NCBI GenBank assembly: GCA_054661495.1
Contig: BAAFSQ010000296.1
Location: forward strand, 1-12,148
DNA: 12,148 nucleotides
Origin: Zygophlyctis sp. KS116
Lineage: Eukaryota > Fungi > Chytridiomycota
Direction: 5' to 3'
Below, piece by piece: positions 9,540 to 12,148 of this stretch. Position 1 is the stretch's first letter. Each line of letters opens with the position of its first letter. Under the pieces are notes generated by a model that was given only the letters and a program-made list of their open reading frames with translations, was not told the DNA's origin and made no database searches. The translations under genes were made by a program, and so were the position numbers.

Positions 9540-9917
9540 TTAACCAGACACACACAATAAAACTCCAAAAATTACCATTATCATTCCAAATGTAGTATTT
9601 CTAGATCCAAAATCTTCTCCCAAAACAACTCCGGCAAGTGCAGTTAATGCAAATGTAAGAGAGTTGCTGATTGGAACAGCAAGTGTTAAATTAGAATCTC
9701 CTAGTGTTATATAGTAAATAAATGATCCAGAGAGATTAATAAGAAATGGGACGAGGAAATCAAGTTTACAGAGAAACTTTAATTCGTGAAATAGTTTTAC
9801 TAAATATGGAGAATTGGAATATTCTGCAGAGACTTGGGATAGTCCTTTTGTAGATCTTTTGATAAATGGGTTTGTAAATCCCCATGCTAGAGAGACAAGA
9901 AGGAGAGATAGGAGCAT
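9540..9917 (-). CDS. TMEM234: Transmembrane protein 234 homolog (small DMT/EamA-like membrane protein, 125 aa)
   Basis: ATG at 9917 (the track start at 9935 is TTG); intronless. Motifs WGFTNPFIKR, PFLINLSGS, LTLAVPISNSLTF, LGE, and four hydrophobic helices. Confidence 0.9.
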   Translation of the reverse strand: MLLSLLLVSLAWGFTNPFIKRSTKGLSQVSAEYSNSPYLVKLFHELKFLCKLDFLVPFLINLSGSFIYYITLGDSNLTLAVPISNSLTFALTALAGVVLGEDFGSRNTTFGMIMVIFGVLLCVSG

Positions 9918-9939
9918 TGCTTTAAACAATTTCAAATTA

Positions 9940-9965
9940 GCGCGAACAGAGTTGCCATGGCCAAT
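9940..9965 (-). promoter_or_regulatory. Cluster of putative cis-elements upstream of TMEM234: GCGCGAA (E2F/SCB-like), X-box-like GTTGCCATGGCCAA, CCAAT
   Basis: On the + strand: GCGCGAA at 9940-9946, GTTGCCATGGCCAA at 9951-9964 and CCAAT at 9961-9965, all within a 57-bp intergenic spacer. Function is inferred. Confidence 0.3.
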
Positions 9966-9974
9966 CTGATCAAT

Positions 9975-11228
9975 CTACACTGTCATTCTAAATTGGTGGG
10001 TTATAAAACTAGTGGATTTCATCGCCTATAATTAGAAATTTTACTAAAATACCTTTTCTACACTAGATATATTATTACAGTGAACTGATGATATTTTAAG
10101 TCTGGAAAAACTTATTTTTGTTTTATATTCAATCTTTATAATGATTGATGTAGGATTATGATTTAAAAGTGATAATGAAAGAGATAAAATACTAGAGATT
10201 TCAAGATTTCCAATAGTCCAAGTAAAAGTATTAGATTTAGAGTCAAAAACACCAGATCCAAAAGAGTTTAGAATACAAGAGACATTTGTTATAGATTGAG
10301 GGAATTTAATCATTACAATTATATCAGAAACCTTTTCAAAAGTTGAATTTAACGAAAGATCTAAAGTTGCAGAAATCTTGGAAATAATTCTAGAATTTCC
10401 CTTGATTCTTATAGGTAATTTAGTATCAGTTGAAGATAATGGAATTCTATCAAAATTTAGAAATAAAATATTACACGTAATTCATAACTGTGAATTCTCC
10501 ATCTGGAGGTATAAATGTTAACAAATTTTCCTTTATGAATTTATCAACTGAAACACATCTATGAAATCCATTCATTCCATCTATAAATAATTTTGGATTA
10601 TGGAATCCAATAATTACACATGGCTTTCCTATAACCTTTAAAAATCTAGAGTACCAGATAGATTAGAATTTACTTTTAATTCACCAACAATTTGTCCAAA
10701 ATCTGTTTTTCCACTAGAAGAAATTTTAATTTTTTCAATAATATCAAACCATATCTGATTTTTAGAGTATTTAACCGTCGGATTTCTCCAGTCTGGTTCG
10801 CCAATAATCACCGCTGGGACTGCATGAAGGTTTGATCCTGGCATGATGACTTCCTTTACTCCATCTAAAATAGATTGCGGAGGATAGAGTTGAAATAGAA
10901 TATTTGAGTTTACCGATGTGAGCCTTGAGTCCATAATTAAGTTGTATACGGTAGAAAAATCCGATTTGATTGCGTTCTCCGTTAAAGGCTTGAAATAATT
11001 ATCCAAGAGATTGATGATTCTTAGCAATAAACTTTCAATTCGAGTCATGACAGAGTCTTCCTCTGCAATTCCGATAAAAACTAAATCTTTAAAAAGTATA
11101 TGTGAAATTATTTCGTTTGATTTCATGGGATCAGACAGATATTCTAATAAAAAGTTTAGTGACTTTTCACCAGTTTTAACTAGTACAAGTTCGCTAGAGA
11201 GAGAAATGATGTAGATTTCCATGGCCAT
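9975..11228 (-). CDS. Adaptor protein complex medium (mu) subunit, most like AP-3 mu, divergent (390 aa, 4 exons)
   Basis: Exons 11228-10655, 10628-10475, 10446-10053, 10025-9975; introns of 26, 28 and 27 nt. Motifs LTENAIKSDFSTVYNLI, WRNPTVKYSKNQIWFDIIE, NLSGKP, FHRCV, FIPPDGEFTVMNY, WTIG. An alternative ATG lies at 11222. Confidence 0.8.
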
Positions 11229-11335
11229 ACTACCTTGACGGAAGCCTACTGTTTAATTCACTTATGATTTTCATAAATATTTATTCATACCGTCACTATT
11301 GGTAATTAATATAATTGAAAAATCATCATGAAACT

Positions 11336-12142
11336 CTATGCTGCTGGGGCAACCATGTTCCAATTGACCGAGTCTAAAATAAGCTTGGTTTGTCTTAAAA
11401 GGTTGTAAATTTCAACATGTTCAATAGTGATTGCATATTGTATTGCTTCTTCTAGTCCATAATCTAAAACACTATCATGCTTGAGTAACATCCTAACTAG
11501 ATCTTCATCTTCAGCTATTATTGCAAGATTTAAAAGGAAATTTTCATTAACTGAGACATCAATTTTTGAGATCAAAAAGTCCATCATTTGAGTCTGCTCA
11601 GTATTAAAAGCAGCAACAATTCCATTGTATATCATCCATGTTGGGGCATCAATTTGAGTTCTTGAAATCAGAGAGTGAGCCAAATTCATATTGGTTCCGA
11701 CTAGTTGAGGAAACATAAAAGCACAATATGATGCAATATGACTGCCTTCCATTAGTGCTCTGTTTTCAAAAAAAGGCACTATAAGATCCAATTGCCCAGA
11801 ATAACATATGTTTACAAAGATGTGGCTACGGATTACGTCTTCCGGATACAAATCACGATTAAGCATCTCACGAATTGGCTTTTCTCTGATTCCTTCTAAA
11901 AATCTGGTAAATATAGCAACACGATCCGGGAGAAGAGGATGGTTTAAAATATAATTTGTAAAAATAGCCGGCAAATAAAGACCAAAGTTGATAAAATCAT
12001 CCCATTTTAGATGAGAAGCAGACCATGAAAGTAGTGTTTTGACGTATATGCCATCTTCTTGAGAGAAGAAAGTTTCAACAATATTTTCTTCTCCACGTGA
12101 ATAAGCAATCCTTACCAGCCATTTTGTAATGCTTACTGGCAT
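11336..12142 (-). CDS. Hypothetical protein with degenerate C-terminal ankyrin-like repeats (possibly 5' truncated)
   Basis: 268-aa intronless ORF; the frame stays open to the window end (AGA AAC ATG). Ankyrin-like units ICYSGQLDLIVPFF, AAFNTEQTQMMDFLI, IDVSVNENFLLNLAIIAEDEDLVRMLL, AIQYAITIEHVEIYNLL. Confidence 0.6.
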   Translation of the reverse strand: MPVSITKWLVRIAYSRGEENIVETFFSQEDGIYVKTLLSWSASHLKWDDFINFGLYLPAIFTNYILNHPLLPDRVAIFTRFLEGIREKPIREMLNRDLYPEDVIRSHIFVNICYSGQLDLIVPFFENRALMEGSHIASYCAFMFPQLVGTNMNLAHSLISRTQIDAPTWMIYNGIVAAFNTEQTQMMDFLISKIDVSVNENFLLNLAIIAEDEDLVRMLLKHDSVLDYGLEEAIQYAITIEHVEIYNLLRQTKLILDSVNWNMVAPAA

Positions 12143-12148
12143 GTTTCT

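Noticed and set aside
245-11214. Minor track ORFs 245..457, 369..557, 4765..4986, 6497..6739, 6779..6964, 7662..7865, 7671..7973, 11011..11214
   Set aside because: All are short antisense or alternate-frame overlaps of better-supported genes, with no recognisable motifs.
746-11228. Fragmented ORFs as pseudogenes, programmed frameshifts or an alternative genetic code
   Set aside because: Every break is resolved by a short GTA...YAG intron that restores the frame, usually with conserved motifs, under the standard code.

Overview
This window is eukaryotic, not bacterial: AT-rich DNA from an extremely compact genome. The gene content (tau-tubulin-kinase-like kinase, Crinkler-like fragment, Mtc1-like protein) points by inference to a zoosporic, chytrid-like fungus. 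The fragmented ORF track resolves into 10 genes once 17 GT-AG introns are removed; 16 are only 23-31 nt, one is 55 nt, and all start GTA. In order: partial Crinkler-like nuclease-fold CDS (+), MIT/coiled-coil Atg38/NRBF2-like (+), Mtc1-like (-), phosducin-like PDCL3/Plp2 (+), TTBK-like CK1-group kinase (+), YJR142W-type Nudix hydrolase (-), IQ-CH-DH(RhoGEF)-like protein (-), TMEM234 (-), AP-3-like mu adaptin (-), ankyrin-like repeat protein (-). The most striking features are the ultra-short introns, two divergent start codons 8 bp apart, an ATGA stop/start overlap between two co-directional genes, and a GC-enriched, potentially structured spacer upstream of the kinase. All family calls come from motif recognition by eye; no database search was run.
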